64,000 nucleotides of DNA from Bacteroidales bacterium (GCA_017477485.1 JAFUVR010000037.1:6949-70948), one strand, 5' to 3'. Positions 36,335-46,535 are shown, counted from the stretch's first letter. A program made the numbers and translations. Notes: a model not told the origin generated them from the letters alone.

Positions 36335-36755
36335 CAAAAATTTTGTTTTGATACAAAGACCGTTAAATTAACACTTGTTTTTTTCAAGAAACATCCCTCG
36401 TCCGCCGTTATCGGGGCCTCCCCTGCGGCTTAGACCTTCTTTACGCATTTTCTTAATGTTTATCATCAGTCTTTATGGAAAAATGCAATGCCGCAGCGAT
36501 TTCAGCGTTGGATACTTCCGAATTGTTCGTAACCAGTCCCACATTTTTCACCCCACTTTTGGGGTAAATCATCTATTCTGCAAACATTATACGGAACGTT
36601 GAATCTGAGTAAATTGCCTCTACAGTCAAAACGTACCCTACCATACGGATGCAATGTGCGAAGCATTCCTAAATCCATCAGTTAAGGATAATAGCACAAC
36701 AGAAGGACAAAGGCGGAAAACGCAGATTAGAATTGCCGTTTTGGTGTGGAAATCG

Positions 36756-36763
36756 TATCTTTG
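36756..36763 (+). promoter_or_regulatory. -7 promoter box TATCTTTG
   Basis: 17 nt upstream of ATG 36780. Confidence 0.45.
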
Positions 36764-36779
36764 CGGCCTGTTTTCTGCG

Positions 36780-38279
36780 ATGCTGACAGTGACACACATA
36801 GTAGGTATCTTGCTGACCGTTGGGCTACTGCTGGTTATCGGCGTAATGTCGGGCCGGAAGGTGAAAGACGCGCGGGGTTTTGCCATAGGAGGCAAGGCTG
36901 GCAGCTGGATGGTGTGCGGCATCATTATGGGCACACTGGTAGGCGGACAATCGACCATAGGGACGTCGCAGATGGCCTACTGTTATGGCCTTTCGGCATG
37001 GCTCTTCTCGGCGGGAGTGGCTCTGGGCAGTCTGATACTGGGGTTGGTCTATACCGTGCCACTGCGGCGAAGCGGCTGTATGACCCTGGCAGAAATCATA
37101 GCCAAAGAATACGGCCACAAGGCCGAGACCATCGGGTCGTTGCTCTGCATGACCGGCATGTTTATCAGCATTGTGTCGCAAGTGATAGCCTCAACGGCAA
37201 TGATGACCTCGATGTTTGAGATGGAGCACACGGTGGCCGCGGTGTTGTCGGCGGCACTGATAGCTGCTTTCGTTTTCTTCGGCGGCATACGCAGTGCGGG
37301 GCTGGGAGGCATACTGAAGCTGGTGCTGCTCTACGTGGCATCGCTGACAGCGGCGGTGGTGGTGTGGCGGCTTTCGGGCAGCATAGGCAACGTTTACGAC
37401 AGCCTACACGAGGTCATGGAGACCCCCACCATTGCTGACCTCAATGGATTGTCCACATCGGAGTCCATAGACCATCGCTACGCCAACCCCGTAGGACGAG
37501 GTGTGGCGAAGGATATAGGGTCGGCCATCTCGCTGATTCTTGGCGTGCTGGCCACACAGACCTACGCCCAAGGCATTTGGGCCGCCCGCAGCGATCGCCA
37601 TGCGCGACGTGGCGCCGTGTGGTCGGCGCTGTTGGTGCCCGTCATAGGGGCGGCCTGCACACTGATTGGACTCTACATGCGTGGCCACTATATCACCCAC
37701 GAGGAACAGGCGGCACTGCTGGCCGCCGGCGAGCAAGTGCCCGAAGGAGTGAGGGTGATAGCCCACACTGCCGAGGTGTTTCCCCGATTCATCTTGGACA
37801 ACTGTCCAGCATGGATAGGGGGCATCGTGCTGGGCACCCTCTTCGTCACCATCCTCGGAGGCGGCAGCGGACTGACGCTGGGCACGGCGACAATACTGGT
37901 GCGCGACGTGTTCAGCAATATTCCTCGCCGCGACGGGGGACACTACGGTGAGTCGAAGAGCCTCTACCGTTTCAGCATCGTCTTCTTAGTCGGTATGGCG
38001 TTACTGGTGTCGCTGCTGAACAACCGAACACTCATCAACGAACTTGGCTTTCTCTCGCTGGGGCTACGTGCCACGGCGCTGCTGGTACCGTTGAGTGCGG
38101 CGCTCTTCATGCCCGGACGATTCAAACGCTACGAGGTCATCATGTCCATGGTCGTGGGCTGTGTCACCATGATTGCAGCCTCATCGCTCAGCCTACCGGG
38201 CGACGCCATCTTCTGGGGCATGGGCTCCGAACTGCTCATCATGGCAGCAGCCAGTGTCTACAGGAAGCACTCACACTGA
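36780..38279 (+). CDS. Sodium:solute symporter (SSS) family transporter
   Basis: Start at ATG 36780 (MLTVTHIVGILLTVGLLLVIG). About 13 TM segments, with GGKAGSWMVCGIIMGTLVGGQSTIGTSQ. Confidence 0.75.
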   Translation: MLTVTHIVGILLTVGLLLVIGVMSGRKVKDARGFAIGGKAGSWMVCGIIMGTLVGGQSTIGTSQMAYCYGLSAWLFSAGVALGSLILGLVYTVPLRRSGCMTLAEIIAKEYGHKAETIGSLLCMTGMFISIVSQVIASTAMMTSMFEMEHTVAAVLSAALIAAFVFFGGIRSAGLGGILKLVLLYVASLTAAVVVWRLSGSIGNVYDSLHEVMETPTIADLNGLSTSESIDHRYANPVGRGVAKDIGSAISLILGVLATQTYAQGIWAARSDRHARRGAVWSALLVPVIGAACTLIGLYMRGHYITHEEQAALLAAGEQVPEGVRVIAHTAEVFPRFILDNCPAWIGGIVLGTLFVTILGGGSGLTLGTATILVRDVFSNIPRRDGGHYGESKSLYRFSIVFLVGMALLVSLLNNRTLINELGFLSLGLRATALLVPLSAALFMPGRFKRYEVIMSMVVGCVTMIAASSLSLPGDAIFWGMGSELLIMAAASVYRKHSH

Positions 38280-38445
38280 CCGATACCCAAACTGAGCACC
38301 CTGTATTTCTAAGATTACAACTATTGCCACGGCAACGGGGTCCGATATCGACCTCGCATCCAAAGAATCGGACAAAAGAAAAGCCGACAGGGTGTCGCAT
38401 ATCGTAAAGCAACACCCTGTCGGAATAAGGAGGCAATGGAGCAGA

Positions 38446-39549
38446 TTATTTCAGGTTGAGACGGAAGAAATCCTCCAACTTATCGAATGGGATGACGCCT
38501 GCTTTGTCGTCGTAGAGGTCCACGTGTGAGGCACCGGGGATAATCAACAGTTCCTTGTTGCCTTTGGTCATACTTCTGCCTTCGGGGGCGATGCCCGTCA
38601 TGCGCTCGAACGCATATTCGCTGAAATAGCGGCTGTGGGCTTTCTCGCCATGGATGAGGAGTACGGGGTTCTCAATCTCGTGGGCCCAGCAGAGCAGTGG
38701 CTGATTGTAGAACGACTGGCATCCGATGACATTCCATCCGTCGGTAGAGTTGCCGCTGCGCTCATGATAGCCGCGGGCGGTGGCGTAGTAATCGGTATAA
38801 TCCTTCACGAACTGCGGGGTCTCGTCCGTCAGCATTTCTGGTTTCAGCACTCCTCCACCGCGTTTGTAAGTGCCCGTGCGATAGTCCTCGATGCGTTGGG
38901 CTGCCATCATGCGACGTTTCTCCATGCGCTGTGCCGGGGTGTCCTCGCTCTTGAAATAGCCCTCCACGCTCACCTTGCTCATGTCGTACATGGTGGAAGC
39001 CACAGTAGCCTTGATGCGGGGGTCGAGGGCTGCAGCATTGACGGCCATGCCGCCGAAGCCACAGATACCGATAATGCCAATGCGTTCGGGGTCCACATTG
39101 TCCTGCACCGAGAGGAAGTCGACGGCGGCAAGGAAGTCCTCGGTGTTGATGTCGGGCGAAGCCATGCGACGGGGAGTGCCGCCACTCTCGCCAGTAAAAC
39201 TGGGATCAAAGGCAAGCGCAAGAAAGCCGCGCTCGGCCATGTGTTGTGCATAGAGGCCACTGGACTGCTCTTTTACAGCGCCAAAAGGGCCACTCACAGC
39301 AATGGCTGCCAGTTTGCCCGTAGCCCCCTTAGGGGTATAGAGGTCGGCGGCCAGCTCGATGCCATAACGGTTGTGGAAGGTCACCTTGCGGTGCTCCACC
39401 TTGTCGCTCTTGGGGAAAGTCTTGTCCCACTCCTGGGTAAGGTTGAGAGATGTCATATCGGTTTCGTTTGTAGGGTTATTGGACTCATTGCTTGTGCATG
39501 CTGCCAACATGAGGATGGACAACATTGCGGAAAGGAAGATTGATTTCAT
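38446..39549 (-). CDS. Alpha/beta hydrolase lipoprotein
   Basis: Lipobox LMLAAC. The nucleophile elbow candidate is GICGFGG, so the nucleophile position holds Cys/Gly rather than the classic GxSxG. This was not examined further. Overall length and layout match the alpha/beta-hydrolase family. Confidence 0.6.
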   Translation of the reverse strand: MKSIFLSAMLSILMLAACTSNESNNPTNETDMTSLNLTQEWDKTFPKSDKVEHRKVTFHNRYGIELAADLYTPKGATGKLAAIAVSGPFGAVKEQSSGLYAQHMAERGFLALAFDPSFTGESGGTPRRMASPDINTEDFLAAVDFLSVQDNVDPERIGIIGICGFGGMAVNAAALDPRIKATVASTMYDMSKVSVEGYFKSEDTPAQRMEKRRMMAAQRIEDYRTGTYKRGGGVLKPEMLTDETPQFVKDYTDYYATARGYHERSGNSTDGWNVIGCQSFYNQPLLCWAHEIENPVLLIHGEKAHSRYFSEYAFERMTGIAPEGRSMTKGNKELLIIPGASHVDLYDDKAGVIPFDKLEDFFRLNLK

Positions 39550-39701
39550 AAAATTATCTATAAGTTAATGATTTTCGATACAATATGAAGAGGGAAAAAC
39601 AATCTGTTTCACAATGCAAAAATAAAAAGAAGCGGGCACACCGGCACTAAATGATTTGCGGATATAATAACCCTTTTTTCGGTTTTCTCGACATATTGTC
39701 G

Positions 39702-39907
39702 TATCTTTGTTGCCCTTTCCTGCGGGTCATTTCATTAGGCCGTTTTGTTGGCATGACCGTATTTGATTCAAAGATGCTCATGACCTTCGGTTCTCGCCTC
39801 ACCATATGAGCAAGCTCGTATGGTGAGGCGAGAAAACGGCCTAATGAAATTGAACGTTTTTTTAATCGGCACCTTATCCGACAACAAACTTCCTCTAAAA
39901 CCATACA
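39702..39907 (+). promoter_or_regulatory. -7 box TATCTTTG (39702-39709) followed by a leader with nested inverted repeats and a T7 run
   Basis: Outer arms 39729-39746/39833-39850 (18 nt, perfect). The inner near-perfect palindrome 39791-39834 has 21-nt arms with one mismatch. T7 lies at 39857-39863 and the ATG at 39908. Confidence 0.5.
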
Positions 39908-40228
39908 ATGATTCACCTATCCGTAATTGAAGACATAGAACAGGCGATAGTCAGCCACCGGCTGTGTCTCTTCTATATCCAATCGTCCGACTGCACGGTA
40001 TGCCGCATCATGCACGACCGCATCGCCCAAGTGGCCGAATGCCATAGCACACTCTATTCATTTTATACCGACATCGCCGAAGAGCCCCTGATAGCCAGCC
40101 GGTTCATGGTTTTCTCAGGTCCGACGGTGCTACTCCTGCTGGACGGCCACGAGACATATAGAGCCTCACAGTTCATCGACCTCGACGAGTTGAAACACCG
40201 TATAGGTCAGTGCATAGCATCGTTATAG
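39908..40228 (+). CDS. Thioredoxin-fold protein with atypical CxxC (SDCTVC)
   Basis: 106 aa with a thioredoxin-like layout: LFYIQSSDCTVCRIM ... GPTVLLLLDG. Confidence 0.6.
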   Translation: MIHLSVIEDIEQAIVSHRLCLFYIQSSDCTVCRIMHDRIAQVAECHSTLYSFYTDIAEEPLIASRFMVFSGPTVLLLLDGHETYRASQFIDLDELKHRIGQCIASL

Positions 40229-40329
40229 AACCTACCGCCGTCCAGCCATGGAACGTGAGCAACCGCCTCTGTCTGACATGTAACTGTGGCAATCGCCTAA
40301 AAGCACTCGCAAGTTACAGCTTTTTTTCG

Positions 40330-40337
40330 TAACTTTG
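40330..40337 (+). promoter_or_regulatory. -7 promoter box TAACTTTG
   Basis: 83 nt upstream of ATG 40420. Confidence 0.4.
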
Positions 40338-40419
40338 CAACGTTAAAAGTACATGCCATACGATTGGGTTGGTCCTTTGTACCAATCCATCCAGCATATT
40401 ACAACACATATAACACAAT

Positions 40420-41073
40420 ATGAACAAAGCATTTATCGTCGTTATCAGCCTATTAATTGGCTTCGTTGTAGGCTACAAAGTGGCTGAAATAAAAAAAGCA
40501 AAAGACATCCAAGTCGAGAAGGCTCCTTTCTGGGTTATTTCATCGAATGATGACCAAGTCGAGGAGGCTACTATTGGGGTTATTTCATCGAATGATGACC
40601 AGGATGACTCCTATACTATAACAGCCGAAACGGCGTCCGAAACACATCGCAAAGCCTCATCAGCGAACACCCAAACAAAACATAAAACTACCACTACACA
40701 GAGACCCGCGGAGCAGTCCACAGCCGTCGAAGCCAACAAACCACAACAAACTGCAAGCAACAGGCCGGCTCTGACCGTGATAAACTTTGAGCAAGGCTGT
40801 CTCGACCATCAAGCCACCGTAACCATTCGCAACAACACCGACAAGACCATCACGCATTTTTCTGGCACCATCATCTACAAGAACATGGCTGGCGAGGTCA
40901 TCGACTATGAAGAGATTGACCAGCGGCTTGAGATAGCGCCACACATGGCCAAACCGTTCAAGATAAAAGGCTATGGTCATGACCTCAACTACGCCTACTA
41001 CAAATCTGAGACATACGACCAACAGCATCGATTCAAATACGAGTTCCAACTGAAAGGCTACGCCACCAAGTAG
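40420..41073 (+). CDS. Membrane-anchored hypothetical protein with an internal 15-aa duplication
   Basis: N-terminal TM MNKAFIVVISLLIGFVVGY. A 25-bp perfect direct repeat at 40532-40556/40577-40601 encodes VISSNDDQ twice. Confidence 0.55.
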   Translation: MNKAFIVVISLLIGFVVGYKVAEIKKAKDIQVEKAPFWVISSNDDQVEEATIGVISSNDDQDDSYTITAETASETHRKASSANTQTKHKTTTTQRPAEQSTAVEANKPQQTASNRPALTVINFEQGCLDHQATVTIRNNTDKTITHFSGTIIYKNMAGEVIDYEEIDQRLEIAPHMAKPFKIKGYGHDLNYAYYKSETYDQQHRFKYEFQLKGYATK

Positions 41074-41229
41074 GACAAAAACATTGGCACAACCGCTAAA
41101 AGTGTTATCGCCAAAACCGAGAGCATACGAACAGGAACGACAGCCAAGGCGAGCCGACACAGAACGAGACAGGACGACGACAGATGTCCTCAAAACAATA
41201 GCAAAACAAAAACACAAAAAAATACGCCT

Positions 41230-42975
41230 ATGAAAATCAACCGTATTCTTGCAGGCCTATTCCTCGGCGCCGCCCTTATGGCAGGCAGCGTTGCCGACGC
41301 CTGCACCAACTTTCTCTTCACCAAAGGGTCTACCAAAGACGGCTCGACGATGATCACCTATGCCGCCGACTCCCACACCCTCTATGGCGAACTCTACTAC
41401 CGTCGTGCTGCCGACTATCCCGCCGGCACCATGTTCATGGTATACGACTGGGACAGCGGCCGTCCGCTCATCGAGATCCCGCAGGTGGCACACACCTACA
41501 ACGTGGTGGGCAACATGAACGAGCACCAGCTGGCCATTGGCGAGACCACCTATGGCGGTCGCAAGGAGCTGCAGGGCACCACAGGCATCGACTACGGTAG
41601 CCTGATTTACATCACCCTCCAGCGTGCCAAGAATGCCCGCGAGGCCATCAAGACCATTGCCGAACTGATGGACACCTACGGCTACGCCTCCTCGGGCGAG
41701 TCGTTCTCCATCTGCGACCCCAACGAGGTGTGGGTCATGGAACTCATCGGCAAAGGCAAAGCCCAGTATGACACCATCAAAGGCAAGCCCGTGCTGAAGA
41801 AAGAGTATAAAAACTTCAAAGAGGGCGCCGTATGGGTGGCCCGCCGCGTGCCCGACGGATACGTGTGCGGCCATGCCAATCAGGCCCGCATCACCACCTT
41901 CCCCCTGCAGAAGAAAGGATCGCACAAGAGCATCAGCAGCAAAGACATGAAACACATCTTCGATGCCGAAGTAGAATGTGTCTATGCGGCCGACGTCATC
42001 TCCTTTGCCCGCACTAAGGGCTATTTCAACGGCAAAGACGAGGAGTTCAGTTTTGCTGACGCCTACTGCCCACTCGACTTCAGCGGCATGCGTGGCTGCG
42101 ACGCCCGCGTGTATGCCATGTTTGCCCGCGTCAAGAAAGGCATCCGCGACCAGTATGCCGACTATGCCCTCGGACGCAACCGCCAGAACCGGCTGCCCCT
42201 CTGGATCCAACCCGACCACAAAGTCGATGTGCACGAGGTGATGAACCTCATGCGCGACCATTACGAGGGCACGCCGCTCGATATGACGCAGGATGTGGGC
42301 GCAGGTCCCTTCAGACTGCCCTACCGCTGGCGTCCCATGGGCTTCAAGGTTGGCGACCACAGCTATGTGCATGAGCGTGCCACGAGCACCCAGCAGACGG
42401 GCTTCAGTTTCGTGGCCCAGTGCCGCGGATGGTTGCCCAACAAGGTTGGCGGCATCCTCTGGTTTGGCGTCGACGACACCTACACCACCGTCTACTGCCC
42501 CATGTATTGCAGCCTCACCGAGATACCCGAATGCTTCCGCGAAGGCAACGGCAGTATGACCGAATACAGCGAGACCAGCGCCTTCTGGCTCTTCAACCGC
42601 GTCAGCAATTTCGCCTATCTGCGCTACTGCGACATGATAGTCGATATCCAGAAGACACAGGACGAGCTGGAACGCGGCTTCATTGCCGACGTGGAGAAGA
42701 ACGACAAGCGCGTGCAAAACGCCAACGAGGCCGAAATCGTCACGCTCAACAACGATTTCTCCAACCGTATGGCCAGCAAGATGATGAAACAATGGCGCAC
42801 TCTCGACCAATTCCTCCTGATGAAATTCATCGACGGCAATGTCAAGCACGCCACCAATGGCAAGCTCAACAAGGACAAATACGGTCATTGCGAATGGCCC
42901 GACCAGCCCGAATATCCTGCATGGTTCTACAAGCAGATTGTCGACGACCACGGCGATGTGGTCATCGAGAAATAA
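41230..42975 (+). CDS. Peptidase family C69 dipeptidase
   Basis: Signal peptide then the Ntn-type nucleophile context ADACTNFLFTKGSTKDGSTMITY. 581 aa. Confidence 0.8.
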   Translation: MKINRILAGLFLGAALMAGSVADACTNFLFTKGSTKDGSTMITYAADSHTLYGELYYRRAADYPAGTMFMVYDWDSGRPLIEIPQVAHTYNVVGNMNEHQLAIGETTYGGRKELQGTTGIDYGSLIYITLQRAKNAREAIKTIAELMDTYGYASSGESFSICDPNEVWVMELIGKGKAQYDTIKGKPVLKKEYKNFKEGAVWVARRVPDGYVCGHANQARITTFPLQKKGSHKSISSKDMKHIFDAEVECVYAADVISFARTKGYFNGKDEEFSFADAYCPLDFSGMRGCDARVYAMFARVKKGIRDQYADYALGRNRQNRLPLWIQPDHKVDVHEVMNLMRDHYEGTPLDMTQDVGAGPFRLPYRWRPMGFKVGDHSYVHERATSTQQTGFSFVAQCRGWLPNKVGGILWFGVDDTYTTVYCPMYCSLTEIPECFREGNGSMTEYSETSAFWLFNRVSNFAYLRYCDMIVDIQKTQDELERGFIADVEKNDKRVQNANEAEIVTLNNDFSNRMASKMMKQWRTLDQFLLMKFIDGNVKHATNGKLNKDKYGHCEWPDQPEYPAWFYKQIVDDHGDVVIEK

Positions 42976-43007
42976 TCCAGAACCATTGCCAACAAATAAA
43001 ACAACAT

Positions 43008-43044
43008 GGAAGGCACACCGAAAGGGTGCCTTCCTTTGTTTTTG
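43008..43044 (+). terminator. Intrinsic terminator of the dipeptidase gene
   Basis: GGAAGGCACACC-gaaa-GGGTGCCTTCC followed by TTTGTTTTTG. Confidence 0.7.
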
Positions 43045-43562
43045 TCCAATGAGGGCGTGCTGAGCAGTCCATTGCCTACGGCCATTCCAGAGTATAAGAA
43101 CAAGACCGCCTTGTACCCGAGAGGCAACATTGCGCACCAATCATTCGGAGTATCGCTTGCATGCGTGTTCCCATCAAATGGAGGTCTGCCCCTTTACTAT
43201 CACACACGCTTACGAGAAAGAATATAGGGGATAGAGAATACGCCTCGTAGGGTCAGTGCCTCTCGAATGACGTCCATAAGGACTTTTCGGGTCATGTATA
43301 GGGACAGAAAGAACACCTCGTAGGGCCGGCACCAGTTGATAGTACAAGTTTTCACGACCGCACCGCAATGTCACTCTGTTCCTATCCGCCCTTCACGATA
43401 GGACCAGCATCCGGAGAAACATCTGCATACTGCTTTGCTGACATCCAACCGACTGTGGACTCCTACGTAAAAGATAGCGTGGAACACAATTGTATCAACG
43501 ATTATTACAGCACGCAGAAAAGCGTAGGACAAAAAGGGAGGGACATGCAAAAGGCGTGCAAC

Positions 43563-43596
43563 GAAAAGGGTGGGACACGAATGACGCGTTCCACCC
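43563..43596 (-). terminator. Intrinsic terminator of the 43626..44615 gene
   Basis: Minus strand reads GGGTGGAACGCG-tcatt-CGTGTCCCACCC followed by TTTT. Confidence 0.55.
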
Positions 43597-43625
43597 TTTG
43601 TGTTGTAAGATAGAATAATCAGTCC

Positions 43626-44615
43626 TTATTTAGTATCCTGGACAAGGCGGCAGGAGGCACCGAGGTAGCGCTGGATTTCGCCATCATTGGCTCCCGGGCC
43701 GGGGGTATGAATACCACCAACGCCATTGAGGTCGGTGTAGCCCGTATTAAATACCAATCCATAGATGTAGTCAGCTCTCTGGGCATTGGGGTTGGCATTG
43801 ACAGACCAGTAAAGGCCGTTCATCTTCATCACACCGGGGCTTTTCAATGTTCTGTAGCCTGCCGCGGGCAAAAACACAGCGCCATTGCTCTGCATCTTGG
43901 TCCATGTTTCACCCTCAAATTTGTTTTCCGTGAAGATGCCATTGGGCTTGATGGTTCTCATTTCGCGGCTGTTCCAGTTGTCGGGAAGGATCACGACGCC
44001 ACACTCGTTGCATACCGTAGCAATGCAACGCAGATTGGCAGCATTCGTGCGTCCCGCGAAGATATAGGTCCATTCTTCGGCAGTCAGCGTGCGCCACATG
44101 CCAGCCTGATTGCCACCATTGGAGATAGCATTATACACACCCCAGTCGGCATTGGCATACTCACCTACGAGGTCATTGTTACTTGCGCCTCCAATCAAGA
44201 AATCCTCGGTTTCGGTGCTGAAGGAGTAAGGCATATAACCGGCTGCGCCACTTCCTTGCCAGCCGCTCGTACCCCATGCAAAAAGATCAATCCAACCCGT
44301 GTAGTTGGCGCCGATATTCTCGTTGTCTGCGCCAATATAAGTATACTGCTCTGTAGCAAAACGCCAAGTAGATGTGGAAGCCTGATACTGGAGGTTGCCC
44401 TTGGAGAAGTATACCTGCTTGCCCTCGGCCACAGAGAAAAGACCTGGCAGTTTGCCATCAGTATATACATCGGTAGAACTCATTGAAGTAGGATCGACTT
44501 CTTCCTGAGGATTCTGTTCCGGTGTGTTGTTTTGTTTTTCATCGTCCTTCTCGCATCCAGCCATGATCACAGCCAGGGAAAGACACAAAATAGAAAAGAA
44601 AGTGCGTTTTTTCAT
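43626..44615 (-). CDS. Lipoprotein with a FISUMP (Fibrobacter succinogenes major paralogous)-like C-terminal region
   Basis: Lipobox VIMAGC. Contains GNLQYQASTSTWRFA and the FLPAAGYR...GLYWS pattern typical of that family (from memory). Confidence 0.55.
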   Translation of the reverse strand: MKKRTFFSILCLSLAVIMAGCEKDDEKQNNTPEQNPQEEVDPTSMSSTDVYTDGKLPGLFSVAEGKQVYFSKGNLQYQASTSTWRFATEQYTYIGADNENIGANYTGWIDLFAWGTSGWQGSGAAGYMPYSFSTETEDFLIGGASNNDLVGEYANADWGVYNAISNGGNQAGMWRTLTAEEWTYIFAGRTNAANLRCIATVCNECGVVILPDNWNSREMRTIKPNGIFTENKFEGETWTKMQSNGAVFLPAAGYRTLKSPGVMKMNGLYWSVNANPNAQRADYIYGLVFNTGYTDLNGVGGIHTPGPGANDGEIQRYLGASCRLVQDTK

Positions 44616-44636
44616 AGTTATCTAAGTTTTTCGATG

Positions 44637-44644
44637 CAAAGATA
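44637..44644 (-). promoter_or_regulatory. -7 promoter box TATCTTTG (minus strand)
   Basis: + strand CAAAGATA, 22 nt upstream of ATG 44615. Confidence 0.45.
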
Positions 44645-44897
44645 CATTTTTTTACGCAAAATACAATAGTCTGACACCCTTATCAACCCTTTTCGACCAC
44701 ATCAGCAGTACCAGTCCATAACGATAGTGGCTACAATCCTCCAACAGCCCAGACGAACGGATATTCTCTAACGGTAACAATGCGGATAGCGGAGGGCAAA
44801 GGCTAACAGCCTGTGCGGCATACCTGTACAGAACAAACAGAGTGGCGTATCTATATAGAAACACCACTCTGTTGTTGTTTTCGGTATAACATCCACA

Positions 44898-46526
44898 TTA
44901 GGCCATCATAGCCAGAGCGTGTGCACTCTCGGCCAGGGCGCTATGGACGATGAAATCGGCAGAGTCGAGGAAGCGTTCGCTGCGCGTGCTGTCCATCAGA
45001 AGCAGATAGCCCATGATGATGTAGGCGAGGGTCTCGGTGAGGGCACGGGCGGTGTGCTCGAAGAGCGCATCGGTAGTGCCGTTGGCGGTGGCACGCTCAT
45101 AGAGTTTGTTGTAGCCCTCGGTAGCCTGACGGAGGAGGGCAAGCAGCTGTTGCTGACGCTCGTTGAGAGCGAGAGCCGAGGCTTGCTGGTCGTACTCCTC
45201 GATGCGTTTCAAATAGGCGCCGTTGGCAATGCCCTTGATGGCTGCCACCACCTGCAACTGGCTGGTGCCCTCGTAGATGGAAAGCACGCGGGCATCACGG
45301 TAGAGGCGTTCGCATGCATACTCTTTCATGAAGCCACTGCCGCCATGCACCTGTATGCAGTCGTAGGCATTGCGGTTGGAGAACTCGCTGGCCATGAGTT
45401 TGACCAGTGGGGTGAGGATGTCGGCCAGACGGGCGGCAGGCTTGGAAGACGCCGAGCGGTCGACGAGGCGAGCCGTCTCATACATCAGCGAGCGGGCACC
45501 ATCGGTGCGTGCACGCATGGCACGAAGCAGGTCTTGCACGGCAACAAACTGGTTGATGGGTTGTCCGAACTGCTGACGCGAGGCAGCATAGGCCTCCGCC
45601 TCTCGGCAGGCGGCCTCACAAAGGCCTATGGACTGGGAGCCCACGCCCAGACGGGCGGCGTTCATGAGCGACATGACATATTTGATAAGACCCATGCGAC
45701 GGTCGCCGACCAGATAGGCCGGAGCATTGGTGAAGACCAGCTCGGCGGTTGGCGAACCTTTGATGCCCATCTTGTTCTCGATGCGACGTACGGTGAGACC
45801 ACCGTCGGCACGGTCGAAGATGAAGTAGGAGAGGCCGCGTCCGTCGGTGCTGCCCTCCTCGCTGCGAGCAAGGACAAGGTGGAGGTCGGCATCACCATTG
45901 GTGATGAAGCGTTTCACGCCGTTGAGGCGCCAGCATCCGTTGGCCTCGTCGAGGGTGGCACGGAGACGCACCGACTGGAGGTCGCTGCCGGCATCGGGCT
46001 CGGTGAGGTCCATCGAGCATGTGGCACCGGCATAGATGCGGGGCAGGTATTTATCTTTCAGTTCCTGCGAGGCGAACTGCTGTATGGTATCGGCACAATC
46101 CTGCAGGCCCCAGATGGTGGCAAAGCCAACATCGGCACGGGCAATGGTCTCGCCAGCCATGACGGCCAGCACACGGGGGAAATTGAGCCCGTTGTAGCGG
46201 CGTTCGAGTGTCATGCCGTAGAGGCCGGCACGTATCATGGTGTCAAGGTTCTGACGGGTGCCCTTGGCATAGACCACACGGCCATTCTCGACGCGGGGAC
46301 CTTCGTGGTCGACGGCTTCGGCATTGGGAGCCACAACATCGGCAGTGATTTCGCCGATAAGACGCATCACACTGTCGTACTGTTCGATGGCCTCTTCGGC
46401 ATTGGCGGGAGCCTCGGGATGTTGGCCAGCCTCGGCAAAGTCATGTTCGCGCAGGGTGGCAATCTCGGCCATCTCAGGATGGTGGAGATAGAACGATAGA
46501 CTGTCGTTGTCGGTATAGAAATTCAT
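44898..46526 (-). CDS. Acyl-CoA dehydrogenase (long, ~540-aa form)
   Basis: ACAD fold motifs: RYNGLNFP, FITNGDADLHLVLAR and SIYEGTSQLQ. Starts 9 nt downstream of etfA. Confidence 0.8.
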   Translation of the reverse strand: MNFYTDNDSLSFYLHHPEMAEIATLREHDFAEAGQHPEAPANAEEAIEQYDSVMRLIGEITADVVAPNAEAVDHEGPRVENGRVVYAKGTRQNLDTMIRAGLYGMTLERRYNGLNFPRVLAVMAGETIARADVGFATIWGLQDCADTIQQFASQELKDKYLPRIYAGATCSMDLTEPDAGSDLQSVRLRATLDEANGCWRLNGVKRFITNGDADLHLVLARSEEGSTDGRGLSYFIFDRADGGLTVRRIENKMGIKGSPTAELVFTNAPAYLVGDRRMGLIKYVMSLMNAARLGVGSQSIGLCEAACREAEAYAASRQQFGQPINQFVAVQDLLRAMRARTDGARSLMYETARLVDRSASSKPAARLADILTPLVKLMASEFSNRNAYDCIQVHGGSGFMKEYACERLYRDARVLSIYEGTSQLQVVAAIKGIANGAYLKRIEEYDQQASALALNERQQQLLALLRQATEGYNKLYERATANGTTDALFEHTARALTETLAYIIMGYLLLMDSTRSERFLDSADFIVHSALAESAHALAMMA

Positions 46527-46535
46527 GGCACGTGG

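Noticed and set aside
36453-36572. 39-aa minus-strand ORF (MIYPKSGVKNVGLVTNNSEVSNAEIAAALHFSIKTDDKH) whose SNAEIAAAL.FSIKT stretch resembles the start of a LuxR/sigma-type HTH
   Set aside because: It is too short, has an in-frame stop immediately upstream and truncates inside the would-be recognition helix. At best it is a decayed regulator fragment upstream of the CXXX promoter, and I cannot support it as a gene.
39647-39916. 89-aa minus ORF between the hydrolase and thioredoxin-like genes
   Set aside because: It is composed largely of the nested inverted repeats, runs through both divergent promoter boxes, and has no coding signature.
43223-43333. Two ~37-nt repeats with a 36-nt spacer, which are CRISPR-like dimensions
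   Set aside because: There are only two copies at ~74% identity, with no cas genes or leader in the window. This is not a CRISPR array. It is kept as a low-interest observation only.
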